This document shows, in pieces, positions 26,480 through 35,835 of a DNA stretch of 38,102 nt. Source of the DNA: an uncultured Candidatus Saccharibacteria bacterium (GTDB taxonomy: Bacteria; Patescibacteriota; Minisyncoccia; Minisyncoccales; MHMH01); NCBI GenBank assembly GCA_964472225.1, contig CAYYJV010000002.1, forward strand, positions 1 to 38,102, in the 5' to 3' direction. A model generated the notes under the pieces. That model did not search any database and was not told where the DNA came from. It was given only the letters and a program-made list of their open reading frames with translations. The translations under genes and the position numbers were made by a program. Positions within the stretch are counted from its first letter, which is position 1, and each line of letters opens with the position of its first letter.

Positions 26480-28618
26480 TTACACTTTCTTCCACCCTTC
26501 CTCGTCTTCCTCACCAGCAGTAGGAACCAAAATCTCTCTCGGCTTGGCTCCCTCGCCGGGGCCCACTATCCCTCTTTCTTCTAGCATATCAATCAATCTA
26601 GCGGCTCTAGCATAACCCACCCTTAATCTCCTTTGCAAAAGAGAGGCTGAAGCCTTTTTGGCTTCGATCACCACTCTTTGAGCTTCTCCCAAGAGAGGAT
26701 CTTCTCCCTCTCCCCAAAAATCGCTGGGCCCAGAATCTTCCAGGGTTTTCTCTATGCTTTCTGAAAGATTGGCAACCAATTCCTCCGGCTTTTTATAATC
26801 TTTTTCATCTGCTTTAATGTACTTTACCACCTTTCTCACTTCTTTGTCAGAAACAAAAACTCCTTGAATTCTTTTGGGCTTGGAAATTTCGGCTGAAATG
26901 AAAAGCATATCTCCCGATCCCAAGAGTTTTTCGGCTCCCGAGGTATCCAAAACTGTTCGAGAATCCACCTGAGAAGCAACCTGAAAAGTAATTCTGGAGG
27001 TAATGTTGGCTTTGATCAAGCCCGTAATCACTTCCACCGACGGCCTTTGGGTGGCTACAATCAAGTGAATGCCCACGGCTCTGGCCATTTGAGCCAGCCT
27101 GACAATACCAGCTTCCATTTCCCTGCCCCTCGCAGCCATCAAATCCGCCAGCTCGTCGATTATTAAAACTATATAGGGCATGGGCTCCAAATTTTGGGAG
27201 ACCATTTTTTCGTTGTAGCTTGTAATATCTCTCGATTTGTTTTGAGACAAAATATCAAATCTTCTTTCCATTTCCCCGATCAGCCATTTCAAAGCATTGA
27301 CTGATTTTTGGGCATCGTAAATAATCGGGGTCAAAAGGTGGGGAAGGTCGTTGTAAACGGGGAATTCCACTCTCTTGGGATCGATGAGAATCAACTGAAG
27401 GATTTCGGGAGAATTTTGATAGAGAAGGCTTAAAATAATGCTGTTCAAACAGATGGTTTTGCCGGTGCCCGTGGAGCCCGCTACCAAAAGATGGGGCATT
27501 TTGGCCAAATCGGCAAAAACCGCGTTACCAGAAACATCCCTTCCCAAAGCTAAGGTTAAATTGGAAATTGAGTTTTGAAAGCTCGGATGCTCAATTAAGT
27601 TCCGCAGGCGGACCTGGGTCCTTGTTTTATTGGGAACCTCAATCCCCACCAGAGGTCTTCCGGGAATCGGCGCCTCAATCCTGATGGGATGAGCGGCCAA
27701 AGCTAAGGCTAGGTCGTTGCTCAAGGTGGTAATCTTTGAAAGTTTAACCCCTTCTGCCGGCTTCAAAGTATATTGGGTTACCGTGGGGCCAATATTCACC
27801 TCCGACATCTCCACTTGAATGCCGAAGTTTTGTAGAGTCCTTTTAATAATGGCCCCGTTGACCCTGATGTCTCCTGCCGCGGGCACTCCCCTGTCAGACT
27901 CAAGCAAATCGACCGGGGGCAAGTGAAAATCTTTTTTGGCAAAAGACGCCGTGGGATGAGTTTCTATGGAAGAACTTTTGATTTCCGGGGCAGGAGAAGT
28001 TTTAATTGCTTCCGAATCAATCTGAGGCTCTATGGGCTTAACCTTAAACTTGGGCCCGAAAATTCTTTTAATCAAGGGGGGTCTTTCCTTGCCGGATGTC
28101 TTTATCTTTATTTCTTTTTGTTTGGGCGAAGGACGGTACAAAAATTGCCATAAAATGACAGCTCCCGTTGCTGCCAGAGCACCGAAAATAATCTGGGTGG
28201 CCAATTTGCCGAAAATCTTCAGCAGGGGCCAGGTAGCCAAATAACCCATCCAGCCGCCCTGTTTGACATCTTCTCCCAATACCTCAAAAATTCCGCTCGC
28301 TCCCAGCACTAAAAGAAAGGTGGCCAAAATCACCGGCCATTTATTCTTGTCTTTCAGTCCGAAGAAGGCTATTCCTGCTAGAATCAAAAACAGGGGTAGC
28401 AAGAAAACTGCTTTCCCCACCAAAAGATTGAATCCTTTCATGAAAAACCTGCCGCCCTCCCCCGCTAAATCAAAAAAAGAAAGAATGGTTATTACGGCCA
28501 CCAAAAACATTGCCACTCCCCAAATCAGGCGCTTTATTTCCTCTGGCAGGGAAAATCGGCTCGGTTTTTTCTCTTTAATCAGCTTATTTTTCCTTTTGGA
28601 CTTCTTATTCCTGGCCAT
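26480..28618 (-). CDS. ftsK: DNA translocase FtsK/SpoIIIE
   Basis: 712-aa ORF. N-terminal TM helices, linker, motor domain with Walker A VAGSTGTGKT and LIIDELADLM, C-terminal gamma winged helix LLQRRLRVGYARAARLIDMLEE. Confidence 0.92.
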   Translation of the reverse strand: MARNKKSKRKNKLIKEKKPSRFSLPEEIKRLIWGVAMFLVAVITILSFFDLAGEGGRFFMKGFNLLVGKAVFLLPLFLILAGIAFFGLKDKNKWPVILATFLLVLGASGIFEVLGEDVKQGGWMGYLATWPLLKIFGKLATQIIFGALAATGAVILWQFLYRPSPKQKEIKIKTSGKERPPLIKRIFGPKFKVKPIEPQIDSEAIKTSPAPEIKSSSIETHPTASFAKKDFHLPPVDLLESDRGVPAAGDIRVNGAIIKRTLQNFGIQVEMSEVNIGPTVTQYTLKPAEGVKLSKITTLSNDLALALAAHPIRIEAPIPGRPLVGIEVPNKTRTQVRLRNLIEHPSFQNSISNLTLALGRDVSGNAVFADLAKMPHLLVAGSTGTGKTICLNSIILSLLYQNSPEILQLILIDPKRVEFPVYNDLPHLLTPIIYDAQKSVNALKWLIGEMERRFDILSQNKSRDITSYNEKMVSQNLEPMPYIVLIIDELADLMAARGREMEAGIVRLAQMARAVGIHLIVATQRPSVEVITGLIKANITSRITFQVASQVDSRTVLDTSGAEKLLGSGDMLFISAEISKPKRIQGVFVSDKEVRKVVKYIKADEKDYKKPEELVANLSESIEKTLEDSGPSDFWGEGEDPLLGEAQRVVIEAKKASASLLQRRLRVGYARAARLIDMLEERGIVGPGEGAKPREILVPTAGEEDEEGWKKV

Positions 28619-28626
28619 CTTTATTT

Positions 28627-28635
28627 ATTATATCA
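28627..28635 (-). promoter_or_regulatory. extended -10 element TGaTATAAT 8 nt upstream of the ftsK ATG
   Basis: The minus strand reads GGAGAGGTGATATAATaaataaagATG. The alternative reading is an SD (GGAGAGGTG) with an unusually long 15-nt spacing. Confidence 0.35.
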
Positions 28636-28670
28636 CCTCTCCTATATTTCCTGAAGCTCAAAGTTACATT

Positions 28671-28710
28671 TGGTTGCTCGGCTTAGCCGAGCAACCAACC
28701 GAACAACCAA
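28671..28710. repeat. palindromic repeat unit with extended 12-bp arms plus a tandem half-copy, between the rpoC stop and ftsK start
   Basis: TGGTTGCTCGGCTTAGCCGAGCAACCA at 28671-28697. CCGAGCAACCAA (28687-28698) is followed by CCGAACAACCAA (28699-28710). Confidence 0.88.
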
Positions 28711-28719
28711 ATAAGTGCC

Positions 28720-31700
28720 TTATTTCTTTTTCTGGAAGCCGGTGCCGGCTGGTATCAGTTTTCCAATAATAACGTTCTCTTTCAGGCCTCTCAACCTGTC
28801 TTCTCTCCCCTCAATAGCCGCCTTGATGAGAACTCGGGAAGTTTCCTGAAAAGAAGCGGCCGATAAAAAGCTGTCAGTAGTTAAAGCCACCTTGGAAATA
28901 CCCAACAAAAGCGGCTGGAAAGTTATGGGCTTCTTTTTCTCCTTCTTTAATCTGGCATTCTCTTCTTTAACTCTGGACAGCTCCACCACCTCACCACCGT
29001 TGAAAAAGCTGTCCCCTCCATCTTTAATTCTTACTCGGGAAAACATCTGGCGGATTATCACCTCCAGATGCTTGTCATGAATTACCGCTCCCTGCGAAAT
29101 ATATATACCCTGGATCTGGTTCAGCATATATTGCTGAACCTCTTCTTTTGAAACTTGGCGAAATAATTCCTTTAAATCCAAACTTCCTTCGCAGAGCTGC
29201 TGCCCCTTCTTTACCGTATCACCTTTCTTCACCCAGATTGCCTTCTTCGGCGGAATCTGATATTCAACTATTTCCTCTTTTTTCTTTCCTCTTGTTTTCT
29301 TATTTTCTACCGTAATAACTAGCTTGCGATCGTGAGTTATTTCCTTTACCTTACCATCTACCTGCGAAATGATTGCTTTTCCCGAAGGAGTCCTTGCCTC
29401 AAAAATTTCCTCCACCCGCGGAAGTCCCTGGGTAATATCCCCACCTTCTGCCACTCCGCCCGTATGGAAAGTGCGCATGGTCAGCTGGGTTCCCGGCTCA
29501 CCAATGGCTTGGGCTGCGATAACGCCGACGGCTTCCCCCAGACGAACCAACTGATTCCTCCCCAAATCCCAACCATAACATTTTTGGCAAATGCCGTAAG
29601 AAGTTTTGCAGTTTAAGGGAGAACGCACTCTCACCTTGTCAATGCCAGCTGCTATGATGGCGGCGGCTTTATCTTCGTCAATTATGTCTCCCTTTTTAAC
29701 CACCTTGTTGCTTTCAGCCGACACTCGACCCATAATTTTGTATAAAAAGTTTTGTCCCAGTCTGTCGGCATCTTCTTTACTAATGGTAATTCCCTCGTTG
29801 TCTTGGCAGTCCTCTTCCGTCACCACTGAATCGTGGCTGACGTCTATAAGACGACGGGTCAAATATCCCGCAGCCGAAGTCCTCAGAGCGGTATCCGCTG
29901 TTCCCTTTCTGGCTCCGTGCGTGGAAATGAAGTACTCCAAAACATCAAACCCTTCTTTAAAGGAACTTTTTACGGGCAATTCTAGAATTTCGCCTGCGGG
30001 GTTGGTCACCAAGCCCTTCATTCCCATCATCTGGACCACCTGAGACCAAGTACCCCTGGCTCCGGATTCGATAATGGCTTTGACCGGCCCCAAAGGAGGC
30101 AGGGTTGCATGAACTTCCTTTTCCACCTCGGCTTTGGTCTTCTGCCAAGTTTCAATCGCTTTGGCCACCTTTTCTTCTTTGGAAAGAAAGCCTTTTTTGT
30201 AGTGGTTGTCGATGGTTCCGATGACTTCTTGGGAGTCGGCAATCAGTTTCTTTTTTGCCTCCGGAATCACCAAATCGTCCATACCCCAAGTAATCCCAGA
30301 AATAGTAGAATATTCGAAACCCAAATTCTTAATTTTGTCCAGGGTCTCCTCCACGGTTTCTTTGTCATATTTTTTTATAAAGTCGGCGGTTAGTTTTTCC
30401 AGGCGCTTGGAATTCATCTCTTCGTTTTGGAAAGGATAATCCTTGGGGAGAGTGTTATTAAAAAGAATCCGGCCGGTGGAAGTTTCCACGAGATCATTAC
30501 CAATTTTCACTTTAATCCGAGCTCTCAAGTCCACCACATCGGTGTCTGTCGCCAGAATAGCTTCGTTTTTGGAACCGAATATTTTACCCTCTCCCTTGGC
30601 TCCCGGAGCTATTTTGGTAATCCAATAACAACCCAAAACTATATCCCTAACCGGATTCACTATGGGGCCGCCCGTCGCTGGCTTTAAAAGATTAAGCGAA
30701 GAAAGCATAATTTCCCTAGCTTCCTTTTGGGCTTCATCCGACAAAGGAACGTGGACCGCCATTTGGTCGCCATCAAAATCGGCGTTAAAAGCCTTGCAGA
30801 CCAAAGGATGTATTCTAATAGACTCCCCTTCCACCAACACCGGCTGAAAGGCCTGAATGCCCAATCTGTGAAGAGTGGGGGCCCTATTCAGCAAAACCAG
30901 CTTACCTTTGACTATTTCTTCCAAAATTGCCCAAACCTCGGGAGGCGCCTCTTCTACCAACCTGGAAGCCCCTCTGACATTATAGGCCAGTTCATAATCC
31001 AAAATCTTTTTGATGACAAAGGGCTTAAAAAGCTCTAAAGCCATGGTCTTGGGAATGCCGCATTGATGAAGTCGCAGTTCCGGTCCCACCACGATTACCG
31101 ACCTTCCGGAGTAGTCCACCCTCTTCCCTAAAAGGTTCTGCCTGAATCTACCCTGCTTGCCCTTAAGCATGTCGGCCAATGATTTTAAGAGCCGCTTGCC
31201 GCCGGTGGTGGCGGTTGTCACCTGTCCCTTTCTCATACCGTTGTCTATCAAAGCATCTACCGCCTCCTGAAGCATTCTTTTTTCATTCCTGACGATAACC
31301 TCTGGAGCACCAATTTCCAAAAGGTATTTCAAACGATTATTCCTGTTAATCACTCTTCTATACAAATCATTAAGGTCTGAAGAAGCATACCTGCCGCCGT
31401 CCAACTGAACCATAGGACGAAGGTCTGGAGGCAAAACAGGAAGAACGGTAAGAAACATCCACTCGGGCTTAATGCCGTTTCTCAACATTCCTTTGATTAA
31501 TCTTAATCTCCTGAGAATTTTCCCTCGGTTAACGGGAGAAGCGTTTTCCGCTTCTTTTTCCAGTTGTTGGGCAACTTTCTTGAAATCGGTTTCGGCAAAT
31601 ATCTTTTTTAAAGTTTCGGCTCCTGTGCCGGCTTCAAAAACCTCTCCGTATTTCAAAGAAAAATCATGGTATTCCAACTCTGAAAGCACCCTTAAGGGCT

Positions 31701-32244
31701 TCAGAGAATTTACTTCCTCTTTGGCTTTGTCCCTCGCTTCCCTTAATTCTTTAGCGTCTCGCCTGTTTCGTGATTTCATTTTGTATTCCTTTTCAATTGC
31801 TTCCAGAATCCTCTTTTTGGCTTCTTCATCTACTTTGGTAACAATGTAGCTGGCAAAATAAATTACCTTTTCGAGCTGCTGCATGGGAATATCCAAAATC
31901 TGACCCATCCTGGAAGGGACTCCTCTTAAGAACCAAATGTGGGAGCAGGGCACGGCTAATTTAATGTGGCCCATCCTCTCACGCCTAACAGATGCCTTGG
32001 TCACTTCTACTCCGCATTTGTCGCAGACAATACCCTTGTACCTGATCTTTTTGTATTTGCCGCAGTAGCACTCGTAATCTTTTTCCGGACCGAATATTTT
32101 CTCGCAAAAGAGACCATCCTTTTCCGGCTTTTGAGTCCGATAGTTGATGGTTTCTGGTTTTGTCACCTCGCCATGAGACCAAGATAAAATTTCTTCTGGC
32201 GAAGCAAGCTTAATACGAATTGACTCTAAGTCTACTACTCGCAT
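28720..32244 (-). CDS. rpoC: DNA-directed RNA polymerase subunit beta'
   Basis: 1174-aa ORF. Zinc-binding CYCGKYKKIRYKGIVCDKCGVEV, catalytic NADFDGDQMAVH, bridge helix and trigger loop regions. Confidence 0.97.
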   Translation of the reverse strand: MRVVDLESIRIKLASPEEILSWSHGEVTKPETINYRTQKPEKDGLFCEKIFGPEKDYECYCGKYKKIRYKGIVCDKCGVEVTKASVRRERMGHIKLAVPCSHIWFLRGVPSRMGQILDIPMQQLEKVIYFASYIVTKVDEEAKKRILEAIEKEYKMKSRNRRDAKELREARDKAKEEVNSLKPLRVLSELEYHDFSLKYGEVFEAGTGAETLKKIFAETDFKKVAQQLEKEAENASPVNRGKILRRLRLIKGMLRNGIKPEWMFLTVLPVLPPDLRPMVQLDGGRYASSDLNDLYRRVINRNNRLKYLLEIGAPEVIVRNEKRMLQEAVDALIDNGMRKGQVTTATTGGKRLLKSLADMLKGKQGRFRQNLLGKRVDYSGRSVIVVGPELRLHQCGIPKTMALELFKPFVIKKILDYELAYNVRGASRLVEEAPPEVWAILEEIVKGKLVLLNRAPTLHRLGIQAFQPVLVEGESIRIHPLVCKAFNADFDGDQMAVHVPLSDEAQKEAREIMLSSLNLLKPATGGPIVNPVRDIVLGCYWITKIAPGAKGEGKIFGSKNEAILATDTDVVDLRARIKVKIGNDLVETSTGRILFNNTLPKDYPFQNEEMNSKRLEKLTADFIKKYDKETVEETLDKIKNLGFEYSTISGITWGMDDLVIPEAKKKLIADSQEVIGTIDNHYKKGFLSKEEKVAKAIETWQKTKAEVEKEVHATLPPLGPVKAIIESGARGTWSQVVQMMGMKGLVTNPAGEILELPVKSSFKEGFDVLEYFISTHGARKGTADTALRTSAAGYLTRRLIDVSHDSVVTEEDCQDNEGITISKEDADRLGQNFLYKIMGRVSAESNKVVKKGDIIDEDKAAAIIAAGIDKVRVRSPLNCKTSYGICQKCYGWDLGRNQLVRLGEAVGVIAAQAIGEPGTQLTMRTFHTGGVAEGGDITQGLPRVEEIFEARTPSGKAIISQVDGKVKEITHDRKLVITVENKKTRGKKKEEIVEYQIPPKKAIWVKKGDTVKKGQQLCEGSLDLKELFRQVSKEEVQQYMLNQIQGIYISQGAVIHDKHLEVIIRQMFSRVRIKDGGDSFFNGGEVVELSRVKEENARLKKEKKKPITFQPLLLGISKVALTTDSFLSAASFQETSRVLIKAAIEGREDRLRGLKENVIIGKLIPAGTGFQKKK

Positions 32245-32253
32245 AGTTTAATG

Positions 32254-32295
32254 AACCCCCGAGGTTACTTAAAGCTTTAAGTAACCTCGGGGGTT
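32254..32295. repeat. perfect 42-nt palindrome (21-bp arms) in the 62-nt rpoB-rpoC spacer
   Basis: AACCCCCGAGGTTACTTAAAG / CTTTAAGTAACCTCGGGGGTT, every position checked for complementarity. It lies 11 nt after the rpoB stop and 9 nt before the rpoC ATG, with no U-tract after it on the minus strand. Confidence 0.9.
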
Positions 32296-32306
32296 ACTTA
32301 TCGTTT

Positions 32307-35300
32307 TTAATCTTTAGTCTTTGGTTTTTGGTCTTCCTGTTTTTTCTCCTTCACTTCTACTGCCAACCCCAGAGATTTCAATTCCGAAACCAGCAGATTG
32401 AAAGAGGCCGGCACTCTGGGATTCCTGATTTCTTCTCCCTTGAGAATGGATTCGTAGGTGGCAGCTCTTCCGGGTACATCATCCGATTTTATGGTCAGCA
32501 TTTCCTGCAAAGTATGAGCTGCTCCGTATCCCTCCAAAGCCCAAACTTCCATTTCACCGAATCTCTGGCCGCCGAATTGCGCCTTCCCTCCTAAGGGCTG
32601 CTGGGTAATTAAAGAATAAGGGCCGATGGACCTCATATGGATTTTGTCTTCCACCATGTGAATCAGCTTCATCATGTAAATTTGGCCGATGGTGATTCTT
32701 TCCGGGAATGGAAGCCCGGTTCTGCCGTCGTACAAAACGGTCTTTCCGTCTTCCGGTAGGCCGGCCTTTTTCAGCTCTTCTTTGATATCTGATTCTTCGG
32801 CTCCCGAAAGAGCGGGGGAAGCTGCGTGGTATCCGAGCTTTTGGGCAGCCCACCCCAAATGAGTTTCCAAAATCTGACCGATATTCATTCGGGAAGCCAC
32901 TGACAAAGGATTGATAATAATATCCACTGGCGTGCCATCAGCGGTAAAAGGCATTTCTTCTTCTGGCAAAACCTTGGAAATTACTCCTTTGTTGCCGTGG
33001 CGCCCGGCCAGCTTGTCGCCGGCGGTAATCCTTCTTAGCTGGGCCACCTCCACTTGAATTCTCTTAATAATGCCGGGTTCCAGCTTGTGACCCAGTTCCC
33101 TGGAAAATACCTTTACTCCCACCACCCTGCCTCTTTTGCCGTGCTCCATCAAAAGAGAAGTGTCTTTCACCTCCCTGGCCTTTTCTCCGAAAATGGCCCT
33201 AAGAAGTCTTTCTTCTGCGGTAAGGTCGGCTTCTCCTTTTGGCGAAATCTTACCTACCAAAATATCGTTGGGGCCTACTTCCGCTCCAATTCTGACAATA
33301 CCCTCTTCGTCTAAATCTTTCAGTTTGTCCTCCCCCACATTGGGAATGTCGGCTGTGGTAACTTCTGGCCCCAATTTGGTTTCCCTAACATCGCAGGAGA
33401 ATTCTTCTATATGTATGGAAGTGTAATAATCTTCTTTGACCAACTTTTCTGAAATTATGATGGCGTCTTCAAAATTGCCTCCCCGCCAGGGCATGAAAGC
33501 CACCAGAACATTGCGCCCCAAAGCCAAATACCCCTTGTCAATGGCTCCACCGTCGGCTATCACCTCTCCCTTCTTCACCTTCTGTCCCACATTAACGATA
33601 GGTCTTTGATGAAAACAAGTATATTGGTTGGTACGAATGAAAGTTTTCAAATGATATGTTTTGGACGTGCGACGTCCGCGGGGTGTCGCGCTTCCCGTAA
33701 TAACAATGTGATTAGCATCGACTTCGGTTACCTCCCCATCAGCTTCAGCAATCACTTCCTGTCCCGAATCTCTAGCCACTCTTTCTTCCACCCCGGACAT
33801 AACCAAAGGAGCCTCGGGCTTTACTAAAGGAACCGCCTGTCTCTGCATATTGGATCCCATGAGAGCGCGGTTAGCGTCGTCATTTCTCAAAAAGGGAATG
33901 CAGGAAGTAGCCAGAGAAATGCACTGCTCCGAAGAAACATCGATATAGTGTATTTTATCCCTATCGATAATCCCGGGCTCTCCTTTTATTCTGGCTTCCA
34001 CTTTTGAAGGAATAATTTTATTCTTGTCGTCCAGAGGGGTTCCGCCGTGGGCAATGTTGTATCTTTCCTCTTCGTAGGCGTTAAGATAATCCACTTTAGA
34101 AGTCACTTTCCCTTTTTCAACCTTGAAATACGGAGTTTCAATAAAGCCGTAAGGATTAATGCGGGCATAGCCTGCCAAATGGCCCACCAAACCGATGTTG
34201 GGACCTTCCGGAGTTTGAATGGGGCAAATCCTGCCGTAATGCGAAGGTTGGACGTCCCTCACTTCAAAACCGGCCCGCTCGCGGGTCAACCCTCCGGGAC
34301 CCGTAGCTGACAATCTTCTTTTATGCTCGATTTCTGCCAAAGGATTTTCATTGTCCATAAACTGACACATCTGAGAAGAAGTAAAAAACTCCTTTACCAC
34401 TGCCATAACGGGTCTAGGATTTATCAACTGGGAGGGAGTCAGGGTATACACATCTAGGGTGGACATCTTGTCTTTGATGATTCTTTCCATGCGCATCAAT
34501 CCCACCCTTATTCTGTTTTGCAAGAGTTCTGAAAAAGTCCTAACCCTTCTATTTCCCAGGTGATCGATTTGATCGGGCTGCGCCCCCGGCGTATTGTTAA
34601 GCCGAATGATTTCTCTGATAACTTCAACCACATCTTCTGGCTTCAAAACCCTATCTTCAATAGAAATTTCTTCTCGTTGGTTGCTCGGCTTAGCCGAGCA
34701 ACTAGTTGCTCGGCTAAGCCGAGCAACCTCTGGCAGGCGCTGCCAGGTTTTCCAGCGTCCGACTTTTGACAAATCGTACCTCTCAAAATTGAAAAACATA
34801 TTCCTGATTAATTCTCCGGCTGAATCTGGGGTGGCCAGATCTCCAGGTCTTAATCTTCGGTAAATCTCCACCATGGCCTCACCCTGATCTTTGGCAGTAT
34901 CTCTCTTAAGGGTCTCTTCAATATATTTCATTTCTCCAACATCAACATCAGCAAATAACTTCTTTATTTCATTATTTAGATTTTGGGGTTTTTCACCACC
35001 GACGCCAAATGCCTTTAGAAGGGTGGTAGCTGCAACTTTTCTCTTTCTATCTATTTTGACTCCAATAAACCCCGAGGGTTCTGTTTCAAACTCCAACCAG
35101 GCTCCTCTATTGGGAATGATTTTGGCTCCGAAATAATTTTTTCCGGCAACGGTTCTCGCCGTGAAAAAGGCGCCGGGAGAACGAATCAGCTGGGCGATAG
35201 CCACTCTTTCCACGCCGTTGCAAATAAAAGTACCCCTTTCTGTCATCAAGGGGAAATCAGCCAAGAAGACTTCTTGTTCTTTAATCTCTTTGGTTTTTAG

Positions 35301-35573
35301 ATTGACGAGCTTGGTCTTTACCCGCAAGGCGGCTTCATAAGAGTCATTATTCTGCTTTGCCTCCAAGTCGGTCTTGTACTTTGGTTCGTCCAACTTGTAA
35401 TCCAAAAACCAGAGCTCCAGCTCTTTTCCCGTATAATCCCGGATGGGAGATATCTCGGAAAACAGCTCCTTTAAATCCCTCTGCCAAAAGTTATCCCAAG
35501 CTTCTTTCTGAATGGTCAGTAAATATGGATAAGGGAGGTGAACCTTGGATTTGCCGAAGTTTTTTATTCGCAT
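32307..35573 (-). CDS. rpoB: DNA-directed RNA polymerase subunit beta
   Basis: Conserved beta-subunit blocks ([69 protein letters not shown]). The ORF-track start at 35585 is a TTG; the ATG at 35573 (MRIKNFGK) is preferred. Confidence 0.97.
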   Translation of the reverse strand: MRIKNFGKSKVHLPYPYLLTIQKEAWDNFWQRDLKELFSEISPIRDYTGKELELWFLDYKLDEPKYKTDLEAKQNNDSYEAALRVKTKLVNLKTKEIKEQEVFLADFPLMTERGTFICNGVERVAIAQLIRSPGAFFTARTVAGKNYFGAKIIPNRGAWLEFETEPSGFIGVKIDRKRKVAATTLLKAFGVGGEKPQNLNNEIKKLFADVDVGEMKYIEETLKRDTAKDQGEAMVEIYRRLRPGDLATPDSAGELIRNMFFNFERYDLSKVGRWKTWQRLPEVARLSRATSCSAKPSNQREEISIEDRVLKPEDVVEVIREIIRLNNTPGAQPDQIDHLGNRRVRTFSELLQNRIRVGLMRMERIIKDKMSTLDVYTLTPSQLINPRPVMAVVKEFFTSSQMCQFMDNENPLAEIEHKRRLSATGPGGLTRERAGFEVRDVQPSHYGRICPIQTPEGPNIGLVGHLAGYARINPYGFIETPYFKVEKGKVTSKVDYLNAYEEERYNIAHGGTPLDDKNKIIPSKVEARIKGEPGIIDRDKIHYIDVSSEQCISLATSCIPFLRNDDANRALMGSNMQRQAVPLVKPEAPLVMSGVEERVARDSGQEVIAEADGEVTEVDANHIVITGSATPRGRRTSKTYHLKTFIRTNQYTCFHQRPIVNVGQKVKKGEVIADGGAIDKGYLALGRNVLVAFMPWRGGNFEDAIIISEKLVKEDYYTSIHIEEFSCDVRETKLGPEVTTADIPNVGEDKLKDLDEEGIVRIGAEVGPNDILVGKISPKGEADLTAEERLLRAIFGEKAREVKDTSLLMEHGKRGRVVGVKVFSRELGHKLEPGIIKRIQVEVAQLRRITAGDKLAGRHGNKGVISKVLPEEEMPFTADGTPVDIIINPLSVASRMNIGQILETHLGWAAQKLGYHAASPALSGAEESDIKEELKKAGLPEDGKTVLYDGRTGLPFPERITIGQIYMMKLIHMVEDKIHMRSIGPYSLITQQPLGGKAQFGGQRFGEMEVWALEGYGAAHTLQEMLTIKSDDVPGRAATYESILKGEEIRNPRVPASFNLLVSELKSLGLAVEVKEKKQEDQKPKTKD
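34680..34727. repeat. 48-nt perfect palindrome (two repeat units, TA spacer) inserted in frame in rpoB
   Basis: GTTGCTCGGCTTAGCCGAGCAAC-TA-GTTGCTCGGCTAAGCCGAGCAAC. It equals its own reverse complement and is translated as [16 protein letters not shown]. Confidence 0.92.
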
Positions 35574-35691
35574 GGGAACATACAAAACTAACCCTAATTA
35601 CTTTAGGGTCAAAATTTCCATTTAAAATTTAATAAAAAAAGGGCTCAAGTATAAAATGAGTTTACAATATGAAAATTGCGATACAAATACT

Positions 35692-35719
35692 ATTATACTT
35701 GTCCTTGCCAATGTGTCAA
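35692..35719 (-). promoter_or_regulatory. candidate consensus sigma-70 promoter of rpoB-rpoC
   Basis: Minus strand TTGACA (35714-35719), 16 nt, TATAAT (35692-35697). This predicts a 5' UTR of about 110 nt containing the hairpin ACCCTAA/TTAGGGT (35591-35609). Confidence 0.5.
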
Positions 35720-35726
35720 GTGTATG

Positions 35727-35813
35727 CCAAAAAATTCTAAATTCTAAATCACAAATCCCAAAAAATCATAATCGTTTGGAATATTAGAATTTGGGATTTC
35801 GGATTTATAATTT
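35727..35813 (-). terminator. candidate terminator after the O-antigen-ligase/TPR gene
   Basis: Imperfect 24-nt inverted repeat 35739-35762 / 35790-35813 (21/24 complementary, 27-nt loop). On the minus strand it is followed by AGAATTTTTTGG. Confidence 0.4.
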
Positions 35814-35835
35814 TCTGAAATTGTGGCTTTACCAG

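Noticed and set aside
28263-28769. 168-aa plus-strand ORF spanning the ftsK 5' end, the repeat unit and the rpoC 3' end
   Set aside because: It is antisense to two well-supported genes and crosses an intergenic region. It has no motif and is low-complexity.
34680-34727. Intein or intron inside rpoB
   Set aside because: At 48 nt (16 aa) it is far too small for an intein or a group I/II intron. No splicing motifs are present. The same DNA occurs in uvrA, uvrC and intergenic spacers.
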